Both the position numbers and the translations under genes were made by a program. A stretch of DNA of 64,000 nt from Octopus bimaculoides (lineage: Eukaryota), in NCBI RefSeq assembly GCF_001194135.2, contig NC_068987.1, positions 96,496,982 to 96,560,981 of the forward strand. The letters run 5' to 3'. Under the pieces are notes generated by a model. It was given only the letters and a program-made list of their open reading frames with translations, was not told where the DNA came from and did not search any database. Each line of letters begins with the position of its first letter. Within the stretch, counting starts at the first letter, position 1. Below, piece by piece: positions 52,326 to 64,000 of this stretch.

Positions 52326-52559
52326 TTTTAAATTGCCCTTGATACTTCTGTAGCTTTGTTTCTTTTCTCGGTTGGGGTGTTGGGATAACGAAATACAGTG
52401 TCCCTAGAAATCATTAATAATTCTTAACTGTGTTTTACATCATAATATATCTTGTACACTACATCATTCAAAAGCCGTTAAAGCCAAAAAAAAAAAAAAC
52501 AAAGAAAGATGGAACAGAAAAATAAAATGAATAAAAGTAGATTCAACAGCTGCACTCAC

Positions 52560-52683
52560 AGGCTGATCCAGGTCTTCTTCCTTGATGCACAAGTTGCAGT
52601 CAATGACATTAAGACCAACAAGTAATCCAGTTATCACAATACCTTCGTCTTCTACCATTATGGCACCACGTTCATAAAACTCA
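52560..52683 (-). CDS. RUFY: RUFY-family gene exon (end of RUN domain)
   Basis: (S)[41 protein letters not shown]; 124 nt, phase 2-0. Acceptor ttctgtttcAG, donor [16 protein letters not shown] is the RUN block typical of RUFY. Confidence 0.95.
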
Positions 52684-54747
52684 CTGAAACAGAAGAAAAC
52701 AAAATTGCATGAAATTATCTGTTTGCATATAATCATTGTTGGATGCGTGTGCAAGTGTGTGTGTGTGTGTATGTATGTCATCTTCATTATCATCATTTAA
52801 TGTCCACTTTTCTATGCTTGCATGGATCAAACAGTATTTGCAGAGGCCCTTCCTGTCACCAACACCCATTTGTTTTCAAGCAAGATATTATTTCCCATGA
52901 CCAGACATGTTTTCCATGCAAGACTGGAAACAAACAACATTACCGGTATGATAATAATGCTTGTTTACAATCATCATGTGATGTCAAGAGAAGGGCACAC
53001 ACATACACATGTTATACATACATGATGGGCTTCTTTCAGCTTCCTTTTCCAAACCCACTCATAAAACATTGGTCAAGATGGGGCTATAGTAGAAGACACT
53101 TGCTCAAAATGCCATGTAGGAGGACTGACACCATAATCAAATTGTTCAACTACACAACCAAATCTGTGCCTATACAAATATATATATATATATATATATA
53201 TCGTTGTCGTTGTCGTCATCATCAACATCATCATCATTGTTTTAACGTCCACTTTTCCATGCTCAAATGAGTTAGATAGAACTTGTTGAGGTGGATAATA
53301 TATGGCCAAAAACTCTTCCAGTCCCCAATCCACACCTGTTTCCATGTAAAGTAACATTTCCCCATAACCAGACATGTTTTCATAGAATATTGGAAACAAA
53401 AAACACCACTTGCATGATGGTATATGTTACAAAAGTGTACTAGAAGTAAAAGCAATGGTATGTGGAACTCCAAAAATACTTCTGTGACCTCACGACCTAC
53501 AGTTAGGATAACTCTTTACAGAAGCTTATTGATACTTTGACATTAGAGAAGGAAGAACCCTTTTTATAAGATAAAGGATCTATTGCTAAAATTTCAGCTT
53601 TAAAATATTTGAAACAAAAGACAAAGGAGACTACACATGTTGTGAATTAGCTGTTTAAATTTTTTATTCAAATGATAGAAGACATTATAGAGACAGAAAG
53701 AAGAAACAAGCCCATTGACATGACTTGAACCACATATCTTTTTGAGTACCAGGCAACCAAATTACCATCTACACAACAGAGCACCTATCATTTCAGTCCT
53801 TCAAATTAGATACTGTCTCAAATTGTTGCTTTTCTTAAAATAATAATTTCAGTCTTCTTTCTTGCACAAAAGTAATAGATTGATATATAAACTTAATCAT
53901 CTTATAAGAGTTCCAGGTTGTTTGTCTGTGTGAAAATTTAAGCTCAATACAACAAACTTACTTAAATAATTAGTCAATTATAAAATGCTTTTGCTACTTA
54001 CAAGTAATTGTGCCTTTCAATGGTACAATTTTGCAGCTGAGTGGATTTGGTAGTAAGTTTATCTAACAGTCTATCTTAGCCAAAAATACACAATTAGGAT
54101 AGAAACCAGTAATTAATAATTTGGTTCTCGAAGAGTTTATATCTAAATATGTTAATTTTCAGAACTAGCCTAAACAAGGATTTGAAGAAAATGAATTTGA
54201 AAGCTAAAAAGGAAACAAAAACAATCATTTAAGTACAGAAAACATTTACATTATCTGAAGTATTTTGCCAGACATCCTTAACCTTTTAGCATTCAAACCA
54301 ACCGTATCCAGTCCAAATATTCAACCTCTATGTTGAAACCAGCCAGATTCGGCCTCTCGCCTACCCTACAGTGTCATTTTAAAAATGAACATTCACATCC
54401 TCAAAATCTTGAAGCTACAAGAGAATGCATGAATAATTCAAAACAATGTGAATAAACAAGCGTTACATTTTGACAGAGTAATCTGAATATTAAGGAGTTA
54501 AACAGCTTGATCAGCTCCTATAGTACTCCTGCTCAGCTCATTCAGTGTTAACCATGGTTATGCTACAACTAGCACTATTTATGGATCCTCTTGAAAAATA
54601 TTCAGGGACCATAGAATCTTAATCTCCAAAATTCAAGACATAAAAGTGACTCACAATAATGGTGTTACAAGTCAAAATTATACAAATGATGAAGAACTGG
54701 AGAAAGAGTAATTAAAACTTGATATTATCAATTTCAGAAACACTTAC

Positions 54748-54852
54748 CTTAACACATCATCTTTCTTTTCTATGATTAACTTAAAATAATCAGCCAAAGT
54801 TTTCTGCATGAGAGCCAACCTCAACCATGCTCGGGCACGACCCAAGGGGGTT
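54748..54852 (-). CDS. RUFY: RUFY-family gene exon (RUN domain; not in ORF track in this frame)
   Basis: (K)[34 protein letters not shown](S); 105 nt, phase 2-2. Acceptor tttttaacAG, donor GTAAGT. Classic RUN motif [11 protein letters not shown]. Confidence 0.95.
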
Positions 54853-55096
54853 CTGTTAAAAATTAAAAAGAAAAAAGCCAAGAATGAAAATGAGAAAAGT
54901 ATAAACAAAAAGATCTTTTATCTGTTATTACCGGTTTCATCCATTGGGCTGCAGTCATGCTGGGATACTGTCTTGAAGAGTTTAGTAAAACAAATCAACT
55001 CCCAGTACTTATTTTTAAGTCTGGTACTTATGAAGTTACAGGGATGTAAACAAACCAACACCAATTGCCAAGTGGTAGTGGAGGACAAACATGCAC

Positions 55097-55260
55097 GGAG
55101 TGGCTGTGTGGTAAGTAGCTTGCTTACCAACCACATGGCTCCGGGTTCAGTCCCACTGCATGACACCTTGGCAAGTATCTTCTACTATAGCCTCGGGCCA
55201 ACCAAAGTCTTGTGAGTGGATTTGGTAGACGGAAACTGAAAGAAGCCTGTCGTATATATG

Positions 55261-55291
<31 letters not shown>

Positions 55292-55509
55292 GTGCATGTA
55301 TATGTTTGTGTGTCTATGTTTGTCACCCCAACATCGCTTGACAACCAATGCTGGTGTGTTAACATCCCCATAACTTAGTGGTTCGGCAAAAGAGACCGAT
55401 ACAATAAGTACTAGACTTACAAAGAATAAGTCCTGGGGTCGATTTGCTCAACTAAAGGCAGTGCTCCAGCATGGTCACAGTCAAATGACTGAAACAAGAG
55501 TAAAAGAGT
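55097..55509 (+). mobile_element. full-length SINE family A
   Basis: tRNA-like head, central (TA)n/(TG)n, 3' end tcaaatgactgaaacaagagtaaaag. Confidence 0.85.
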
Positions 55510-56819
55510 AAACAGTATGTGTGCGCATGCACACACACAACGGGCGTCCACACAATTTCTGTGTACCAAATTCACTCACAAAGCATTGATCAACCAATGA
55601 CACTTGCCCAAGGTGCCACACAGTGAGACTGAACCTGAAACCATGTGGTTGCAAAGAAAGCTTCTTAATCACACAGCGATCTCTATATCTTTGTATGGTT
55701 GAAAAGATTTTAAATCAATTTTAAAATAATTTTTCAAAATTATTACATTCATTTTTTGGGTGTAGGAATTTTATTGTCCCCAAAATGAGCAGAAGTTGGA
55801 AATTAAGGTTTAAGCAGCACAGTTTCACTAAATCTTACAAAATTTGCTACTTGGCAAGAGAATACTTGAGGCAAAAGAGGACATGGGCAAAAGTTAACTC
55901 AGAGCTTTTGACAGAGATTACTTAATTCAGTGACCCCCGATCAGCATGAAAAGCTAGTTTTAACATGTTTTATGAGAGTAGTAAAACAATAACTAGAAAA
56001 ATATTATGTGGAAAGGGAAAAAATCCAAATATATGTCAATGACTAATGTCATTAATGACATTAATGTTATTTGGGGGGAGCAAGTAGGGGAGACAACTCT
56101 AGATATGATTTGGTCTTATTCTGACCTCATTAATAAAACATAACCTTCAATCATATTTTCCCAAAGTAGGGATGAGTGAATCAGTAAGTAAATGTGTATT
56201 GTTATTGTGTATTGTATGGGAGTAAAACAGAATTGTTTAGAGAATAAATAATTTAGTGAAATGAAAGATAACCAATTTAGTGCTAACATATTTCATACAG
56301 GGAACAGTAAAAAGTCAACTAGAAATAATAAAGGAAAAATTATAGCTTCAATTAATATCGCTGCTAATTTATCAATGTTCACTGTCTGTAAATATGTTTA
56401 TGACATTAAAAAAAAATACTGAAATTAAGATAAGTTGAGAATCTTATGCTTTTTTTATTACTATTCTGTGTCTTATTTTTAACTTTAGAAATGTAGCACA
56501 GTTGACATAGTGCTAATATACGATCCATTTATCAAATGCTTATCATCTATGCAGCTGCTTCAAACAGGTTTCATTTTTTGCACATAGTTTAACTGCATTT
56601 TATTTCTGAATTGTAGATATAACATTTCCATGGCTTTGATTAAGTTGATGAGTGAGGATGATAAGTTGGAGTTGAGTAGAGGATTACTGGTTTAAGCAGA
56701 ATGCTGACAAAGTAAGTAGAGGATTGTTGAGTTGAGTGGAGGGTTATTGAGTTAAAGGCTGTAGAGTTGAGGAGAGATTGCTGAGTGAAAGAGCAAACAA
56801 TAGAATTGAGTAGAGGGTA

Positions 56820-57330
56820 GTTGAGATGGACAGAATGCAGGGGAGATGAACAGAGGGTAGCAGAGAGTAGTGAAGTTGAGTGGAAGGTAGTGGAGGTGAG
56901 TGGAAGGTAGTGGAGGTGAGTGCAAGGTAGTGGAGGTGAGTGAAAAATAGTAGAATATAGTGGAGGTGAATGGAAGACAGTGGAGGTGAGTGGGAGACAG
57001 TGGAGGTGAGTGGGAGACAGTGGAGGTGAGTGGGAGACAGTGGAGGTGAGTGGGAGACAGTGGAGGTGAGTGGAGGATAGCGAAGTTGAGTGGAGGATAG
57101 TGAAGNNNNNNNNNNAGACAGTGGAGGTGAGTGGAGGATAGCGAAGTTGAGTGGAGGATAGCGAAGTTGAGTGGAGGATAGTGAAGTTGAGTAGAGGATA
57201 GTGAAATTGAGTGGAGGATAGTGAAGTTGAGTAGAGGATAGTGAAGTTGAGTAGAGGATAGTGAAGTTGAGTAGAGGATTGTGGAGTTGAGTAGGGGATT
57301 GTGGAGTTGAGTAGAAGGTAGTAGAGTTGA
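56820..57330. repeat. ~20-bp purine-rich minisatellite
   Basis: Units gtggaggtgagtgggagaca grading into gtgaagttgagtggaggata. Accounts for the 280-aa and 200-aa low-complexity ORFs. Confidence 0.92.
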
Positions 57331-57960
57331 GAAAGTGAGACCTCACTCAAATAAGCATGACTGCCATATTTCATTTCTGTTTTGTTTGATCTGTTTCTAA
57401 TTCCCTTACCTCTATCTGCTTCTACTCCAACCATCTTCACTCTCTCACATCTGAACATAACACTTAATTTCCATCTTGTCATCAGTTCTGTATTATCTCC
57501 ATTAATGAGATACTTAAGAAGTCAACAGTCCAGTCTAGCCAGCTGCATGCAGGTCCCACAGGGGAGATAATACAAGCAGCTACAGAAATAGTATAAAACA
57601 CCTCTAAGTACTTTGTCAGCTCAGAGTGATGTGTTTAAGGCCTCTTACAGCCTTTAGGTCTTGAATATTAACAATATCTCCCTACTTTTAATTCTCTCAC
57701 ACACAGAATGTGAAAGTGAACAGCTTGCCTCAACCCATTAGCGCTCTGAAAATTGATGTTGGGGATAGCTGAGGCAGTGATAGACAGAGGAATTTGTAGG
57801 AAAACATAGTCAAATTACACCCAAATAGTACCTTAGGGCATATATTAGGTCCAGAAGACTAGTCTTTCACCCTCATACTATCTCCCCCACTCACCAAAGC
57901 ATCATCCATCACATATTGACACCCAACATTCAACTCCTTCCACATAAAACATTATACAAC

Positions 57961-58270
57961 ATGAAAACCACTCATTGTCATTGTTGCCACTGCCACCACC
58001 TCCATCATCAAAACAACTCTAAATGAAGGAGCTTCTATGTGGTCACACATTCTGCTAGAAATAGTAGCCAAATCTCCCCCAAAATAACACCATACTATCT
58101 TAAAAAAGGAAGGACCACTCATTGCTACAGTTGCTGCTGCCACCACCTCCACCATCATGAAAACATATTTCAATGAGCAAATGAAAGAGTTTGTATGTGG
58201 TCACACATCCTGCTAGAAATAGTAGCCAAATCTCCCCCAAAATAACACCACACCACCTTAAAAAGGGAAG
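57961..58270. repeat. ~155-bp tandem direct duplication
   Basis: accactcattg...tgccaccacctcc...tatgtggtcacaca..ctgctagaaatagtagccaaatctcccccaaaataacacca occurs twice, head to tail. Confidence 0.8.
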
Positions 58271-60728
58271 GACACAATGGACAATGTAGTCTTGGGTATT
58301 CTAATACAGACAATGTGATCCTGGGTATTGATCTGTTCAATCAAAGCTAGCCTGGAGTTAAGAACAACAAAATCAACTGTCACCACTACCAACATTGTCA
58401 CCATCACTAACGTTACCACCACCACCACCAATTATCCCTCGCTCAATTAAGACCACTTAAAATAGACAAACACAGATCAAAGACAAAGATAGCAGTAGCA
58501 GCAATACATACACTAGCCCCAAGTACAGTGTTGGGATGTATATATTATTAGTATATATCACTATATTGATCAGATTATTGGATGTTGTTCTACACTGCTG
58601 GTCACAATGTGTTTCCTTGCATAGTTGTAGCTTTCAAATGATGCCACCCTTCTGGCTAGGCAAGCAGACCAACACTTCCTTTGAATGGGACACTAGTTTG
58701 TCATAGCTTTGCCCATTTGCGACTGAGTGGACTGAAGCAATGTGAAATGAAGAATTTTGCTCCAGAACACAATGCACTGCTGCAAATCAAGAAAATGATC
58801 TTGTGATTGTGAGTTCAACATCCAAATCACAGGCCACGCACCTTCACTCAATATATATGCATGTGTGTACATGTGTGTATATACTATAAGTACAAAAGAA
58901 CAATTACAGTTATGCTCCAATGTAGTCTAGCTTACTCACTTGATCTATCTGTGATCATTTTAAAACCTACTGGCTAGGGACGTGCTGCCTGGGTAGGCAA
59001 GGTGGGCAGTGCCTACCCTGAATAAAATAGACCAATAGTAACATTTTTCCCTTTTATGACAAAATATGCACCTAATTCAATAAAATTATGAAGGTTACTC
59101 TGATTACTATGCATAAAAGGCAAAATATTTTTTTTTTTTTGTAAATTAGGCAAGCATAATTTGCCCGTCTTTCAATCTCAGTATTAAAGCTATGCATAGG
59201 ACTGCTGTAGTACACGTGCTGCATACATTCCTAGAACAATGTTTTCTTTACATGCTATAAAGGCAGAAGTAAATCTACCTACAACTCAGTTGCATGCCTA
59301 TGTTCCGTTTATTTTTCTGTGCGTTTTACTCCATAAATGTCACCAACTACCTACCCTGAGTAATTACTTGACAGCCATGCCTGCTATTGGCAAACAAAAA
59401 TAACATAAAAGGAAGCTATGGAATACTTAGGTTGACACATAATACTCTAAATGATAAACTATTGCAGATCAGAGTGTATGTTCCAAATAAACCTACTTCT
59501 GTCTACTAGACAGAGGTAGTTTTATATAGAACAACGGCTCTGTGAATCACACCAGGTCACTTGGCTAGAGGCAAAGATGGAGCCTCAATGTGACAACTTC
59601 ACCTGCTACAAACAGCAGCTAAATCTTCTCAAATGACACCTCACATGGCCCTGGGTTCTTTGCACATAGGAAAAAGATAAGCAGTTACATGCCTTTGATC
59701 GTGGGTCTGCTCAATCAGAGCCAACCAAGGGCTATATAATAGAACTACAAAACTTCACCACAAGACAAGGTTCAACCTGAAGACAATAGCAAATCAGACC
59801 CACATCTTTATTATGCCTTGGAAAAAAACAGTCTGTTGGATAAGGGCTGACTTCAGGAGGACAAGAACAAGAACAACCAAGTAGAACAGTAACTCTTCTG
59901 TCCCCACTACACTCACTCACATCGATGTTTTCTCTCTCTCTTTCTCTCTCTCTCTNNNNNNNNNNCAACACACAATTATCCATGGAAACCACTTGCCGCC
60001 AACACCACAGCAACATACATAAACACTATGAGCCAATGAAGAAACCTCTATGTGGTCACTTGCCCTACTTGAAATAGTAATCAAATCTCCCTTAAATTAC
60101 ACCCTATTAACTAATAAAAGAAAAGAAAAAACATTGCTGTCTACGCATAAACATAAATGAGATGATAATGGCAGGAATGTCTTTGAAGATAGTCCCGCAT
60201 ACTAAGAGCTAACATGAGGTTAAACAATAACAACAACAACAACCAACAGCAGTGGTTTCTCCTTTACTCACTCATCTCTTAATTACAGTTGTAAACATGC
60301 ACTGAAGTCTGTGCCTGCTCGCTGGTTAATTAATCACTGCTAATTTATACAAACAAACACCACCCTACTTCCACAACCACCACCACCATACTTACGTCAT
60401 TACTACAAGCAACAGTTACTACTATATCACTGCTGTCCTCATCCCTACTATAAGAACCCCAATGCTTCTCCATCTCCATCATCCCACAGCTTAATTAACT
60501 GTTTTTAATTGCATTACTGAGTTAAAAGAACACCTGGCTGCCTAATGAAGCACTGTATTCAATGATCCTTTATGAAAGAGGTACGGAGAGAAGGGTTTAT
60601 GAGATAAAGGAGGGGTAGTGAGGAGGTACCTTATGTTTATTGTTTCAGAGGCTGGGTGAAGTTGGTGGGGAAGGTCATGCTAATAGCAGAAGATGAAATG
60701 AGTTTAAAATAGGATTGTAATAGTAGTA

Positions 60729-60760
<32 letters not shown>

Positions 60761-60839
60761 TAGAAAGGGGGAGATAATGATTAGTATTATTGATGATAGG
60801 AGTTAAACAATGAGTTTAGTTACGTCTTAACGGTAAAAA

Positions 60840-61400
60840 ATTAGGGAAAACGACAATTTCAAAAGAAAATACTGCCAATTTGCAACAAGAATTTATGGAA
60901 CAACTTGGAAATAAGTCAATAGTTTTAAATATATTGGTAACCCTCATTTTAGTAGATTGGAAAACATCTAAGATATCAGGTTAAATTTTGTATAAGTCAA
61001 AGCTGCTTATGATGAGATTAAACACGTTTTGTTACTCCATAAATAAGAGTGATAAAAAAGAGTCCTAGGGGCATACACAGAACCCATCCTTATATATAGT
61101 TGTATGACCTGGAACGTCAACAAACACATGCAAAAGCTTATCAACACTGCAGAGATGTAGCTCCTTGGAAAAATGCTTAAAGTGTTCTATGCAGATAAAA
61201 TGACAAGCATGAAAGTCCTTAGACAAGGAAAAACCACCAGAAAGCTTCTCAACATCATAAGGAGACAACAGGCTCAGCTCACTGAACACTATAAGAATAA
61301 AAAAAAAATGCTAGTGACAACGAGGAAACTAAAAGGAAAGAGATGAAGACAAAGATGAAGACAGCAGGCTTCAGAAAGACTAGCCTAATAATGTGCTAAG
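60840..61400 (+). mobile_element. RTE (BovB-like) LINE C-terminal relic
   Basis: AYTEPILIYSCMTWNVNKHMQKLINTAEM*LLGKMLKVFYADKMT resembles CYVEPILLYG.E.WT......LEA.EMW.LR.ML.I.W..K.T. Confidence 0.6.
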
Positions 61401-62278
61401 GTTTGTGTGGGGCATAGGTGGGTACAGGGATTTATGATCCTCTGATCTATCTAAACCCCTTCTGATATTGTATACCCTTTCAGTACCATCCCCAACATCA
61501 TGGGTTCTTGTGGTCAATAAATGAAACGACCACTGCCAGCATCAACATCATCATCGTCATTAATATTATCTTTTAACCTTTACTGTTGGGGGCTCTTTTT
61601 CCCAACTGCTAAGTCATGGGAATGTAAACAAACCAACATTGGTTGTCAAGTAATGGGAGGGAAGCAAACAAACAAAAGACATACACGTGCATACACACAC
61701 ACACACACACACGCATGCACACACACCCATGCACACACACGTGCATGCACGCACACACACACACGTGCATGCATGCACACACACACACACACACATGACA
61801 AGTTTCCACACAGTTTCTGTCTGCCAAATTCACTCACAAGGAATTGGTTGGCCCAGAGCCAAAGTAGAAGATACTTGCCTAAGATACCACACAACAGCAC
61901 TGAACCCAAAACCACATGCAATGTGAGTTTCTTAACCATGCAGCCAAACCTTTCATTATTATCATTTCCATTTTCATTAAAGCAATGGTAGAAACAGTGA
62001 AGTGCCAAAAGTGATGGAACAAAAGAAACAGTGGAGCAACCAAAAGCAGCTGATTATCCAACTAGGTGATTTCCACTCTGTACTGAGTTCAAATCCTGCC
62101 AAATTCAACTTCACCTTCATCCTTTTATGCGCCTAAGGTATATCCAGATACACTCCTACTTTACTGCATGCATTGTGTTCATATGTGTGTATGTATGTGT
62201 GTTCTGTAATCTTTGATCATAAATGTATTATTTCACTATAACATCAGTGTCTTGTGTGTTATGTAATATTCTTCGCTG

Positions 62279-62724
62279 TGTGGAGGCGCAATGGGCCAGT
62301 AGCTAGGGCAGTGGACTCGCGGTCATAGGATCGCGGTTTCAATTCCCAGACCGGGGGTTGTGNNNNNNNNNNTCGCGGTCATAGGATCGCGGTTTCAATT
62401 CCCAGACCGGGGGTTGTGAGTGTTTATTGAGCGAAAACACCTAAAGCTCCACAAGGCTCTGGCAGGGGATGGTGGCAAACCCTGGCTATACTCTTCCACC
62501 ACAACTTTATCTCACTCTTACTTCCTGTTTCTGTTGTGCCTGTAATTCAAAGGGCCAGCCTTGTCACACTGTGTCACGCTGAATATCCCCGAGAACTACG
62601 TTAAGGGTACACGTGTCTGTGGAGTGCTCAGCCACTTGCACGTTAATTTCACGAGCAGGCTGTTCCATTGATCGGATCAACTGGAACCCTCAACGTCGTA
62701 AGCGACGGAGTGCCAACAACAACA
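62279..62724 (+). mobile_element. full-length SINE family B (includes a 10-N gap with an overlap duplication)
   Basis: Same family as 49465-49852. 11-bp TSD ATTCTTCGCTG (62268-62278, 62725-62735); (CAA)n tail. Confidence 0.85.
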
Positions 62725-62937
62725 ATTCTTCGCTGAGTTATTTTGTGTGTGCTGGAGGTAATCCTAGTATCATGTCTATTTGTATATTTCTGAAGTCTGT
62801 CTATCGAAATGGAATATGGAAAAAAAAAAAAAAAAAATTACTGCAAAATGAGAGGTTAGTATCAACTGTCAACCCACTTGACCAACACATGAACCAAGGA
62901 AAAACTTTTTTACAACAGAACACAGTGGAAACCTTAC

Positions 62938-63055
62938 TTGATGTTTGGCATCTCCCTGACACTGGTTGTAATCTCAGCAGCTTCTGGGGCAAATTTTTCA
63001 ATGACCTCCAACACCCCCCAAAACTCTCGCTTGTCTCTAAGTATTCCTTTCTTGG
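62938..63055 (-). CDS. RUFY: RUFY-family gene, first exon visible in the window (RUN domain)
   Basis: KKGILRDKREFWGVLEVIEKFAPEAAEITTSVREMPNI(K); 118 nt, phase 1-2. Acceptor ttctctgtttctgtttttAG, donor GTAAGG. Joins in frame to [10 protein letters not shown]. Upstream exons lie beyond 64000. Confidence 0.9.
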
Positions 63056-64000
63056 CTAAAAACAGAAACAGAGAAAAAAAAAAGAGCATCAACACATTGA
63101 TTACATTATCGCAACTTCTGCCATCCAACTCCATTTAAAAAAAAACAAACAAATAAATAAATAATTAAAAATAAAAAGATAAATCTATAACATTAGATCT
63201 GCCTTTACACCGAGTGTAGGATCTTACCCTTTTGACATTAACCCACCTCAGACTACACTTGGTCCTACGCTAAAACCGTCCTGTTTAACTCTTTAGCATT
63301 TAAACCAGCCATATCTGACCTAAATATGCTTCCTGTTTTATGTTTAAACTGGCGTGAACTGGTCCCTCACACTTACCCTACAATGTCATTCTAAATACAG
63401 ACAATAACATAATCAAAATCTCATATTTATGAGATAATACATGATTAATTCAAAATAATATTAATAAATAAACTTTACATTTGTCAGAGTAATTTGAACA
63501 ATAAGGGTTAAAGTGATCTAAATTAAAACCTTCCTTCATGTTAATTTATGTTCCAAACACTGGCTTAATAATGACAAAGTTATTTTACCAAATTCTTCAT
63601 TATTTTCAAAACTAACTGAAACAAACATTGTATTCTAAGAGAAATATGGTAACAAAAAAGATTAACATTATATATCTATACTATATATAAAACAGATGTG
63701 TGTGTAATTGCTTATCACGTGAAAACGGCTTCACTATTTACTTCCATACTTGTGATACATGAATAATTTGACCTTGGATAAATCTTAGGCTCTTCATTTG
63801 ATTTTTTTTTTAATCTCTAATTAAAAATAAATAATATTGCTTTATATTTAAGATTCACTTCTTTAAAAAGGTTTCTTAATGTCAACTTCCGGTACGAACG
63901 TGAAAAAACGGCGACGTCTCTCACTCTCTACTTTTCATGTTCGCTTTCTGTAAACAACTACGATCAATTACTGAAACACATATTTACGAAGTTCATAAAT

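Noticed and set aside
56640-57482. 280-aa and 200-aa Ser/Thr/Leu/His-rich ORFs
   Set aside because: They arise from a 20-bp minisatellite, span an N gap, and have no splice signals or domain.

Overview
AT-rich, microsatellite- and retroposon-rich eukaryotic DNA from a gapped draft assembly, identifiable as octopus from the neuropeptide sequence and repeat families. Two real genes are supported. (1) Plus strand: the oct-GnRH (GnRH/corazonin-family) precursor. Its CDS is 23325-23531 + 24942-25004 (89 aa: signal peptide, QNYHFSNGWHPG-G-KR, associated peptide), with inferred non-coding first (19074-19130) and last (from 25646) exons. (2) Minus strand: eight phase-consistent coding exons of a RUFY-family (RUN and coiled-coil) gene between 63055 and 34834 (~316 aa). 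Its 5' exons lie beyond the window end, and I could not find the downstream coiled-coil/FYVE exons anywhere in 1-34.8 kb. So either the GnRH gene is nested antisense in a very long RUFY intron, or this RUFY ends as a FYVE-less form. The rest is SINEs, decayed LINEs (RTE, R4/Dong-like with restriction-like endonuclease, CR1/L2-like, Penelope-like), mariner/hAT/piggyBac-type MITEs, mini/microsatellites and N gaps. Most ORFs in the supplied track are microsatellite or gap artefacts. Unexplained structure includes several local templated duplications and fold-back inversions with microhomology junctions, and a degenerate hammerhead-like fold in a Penelope-type terminus. I found no strong evidence of a wholly new multi-gene system. 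All alignments were done by eye, so repeat boundaries are approximate.
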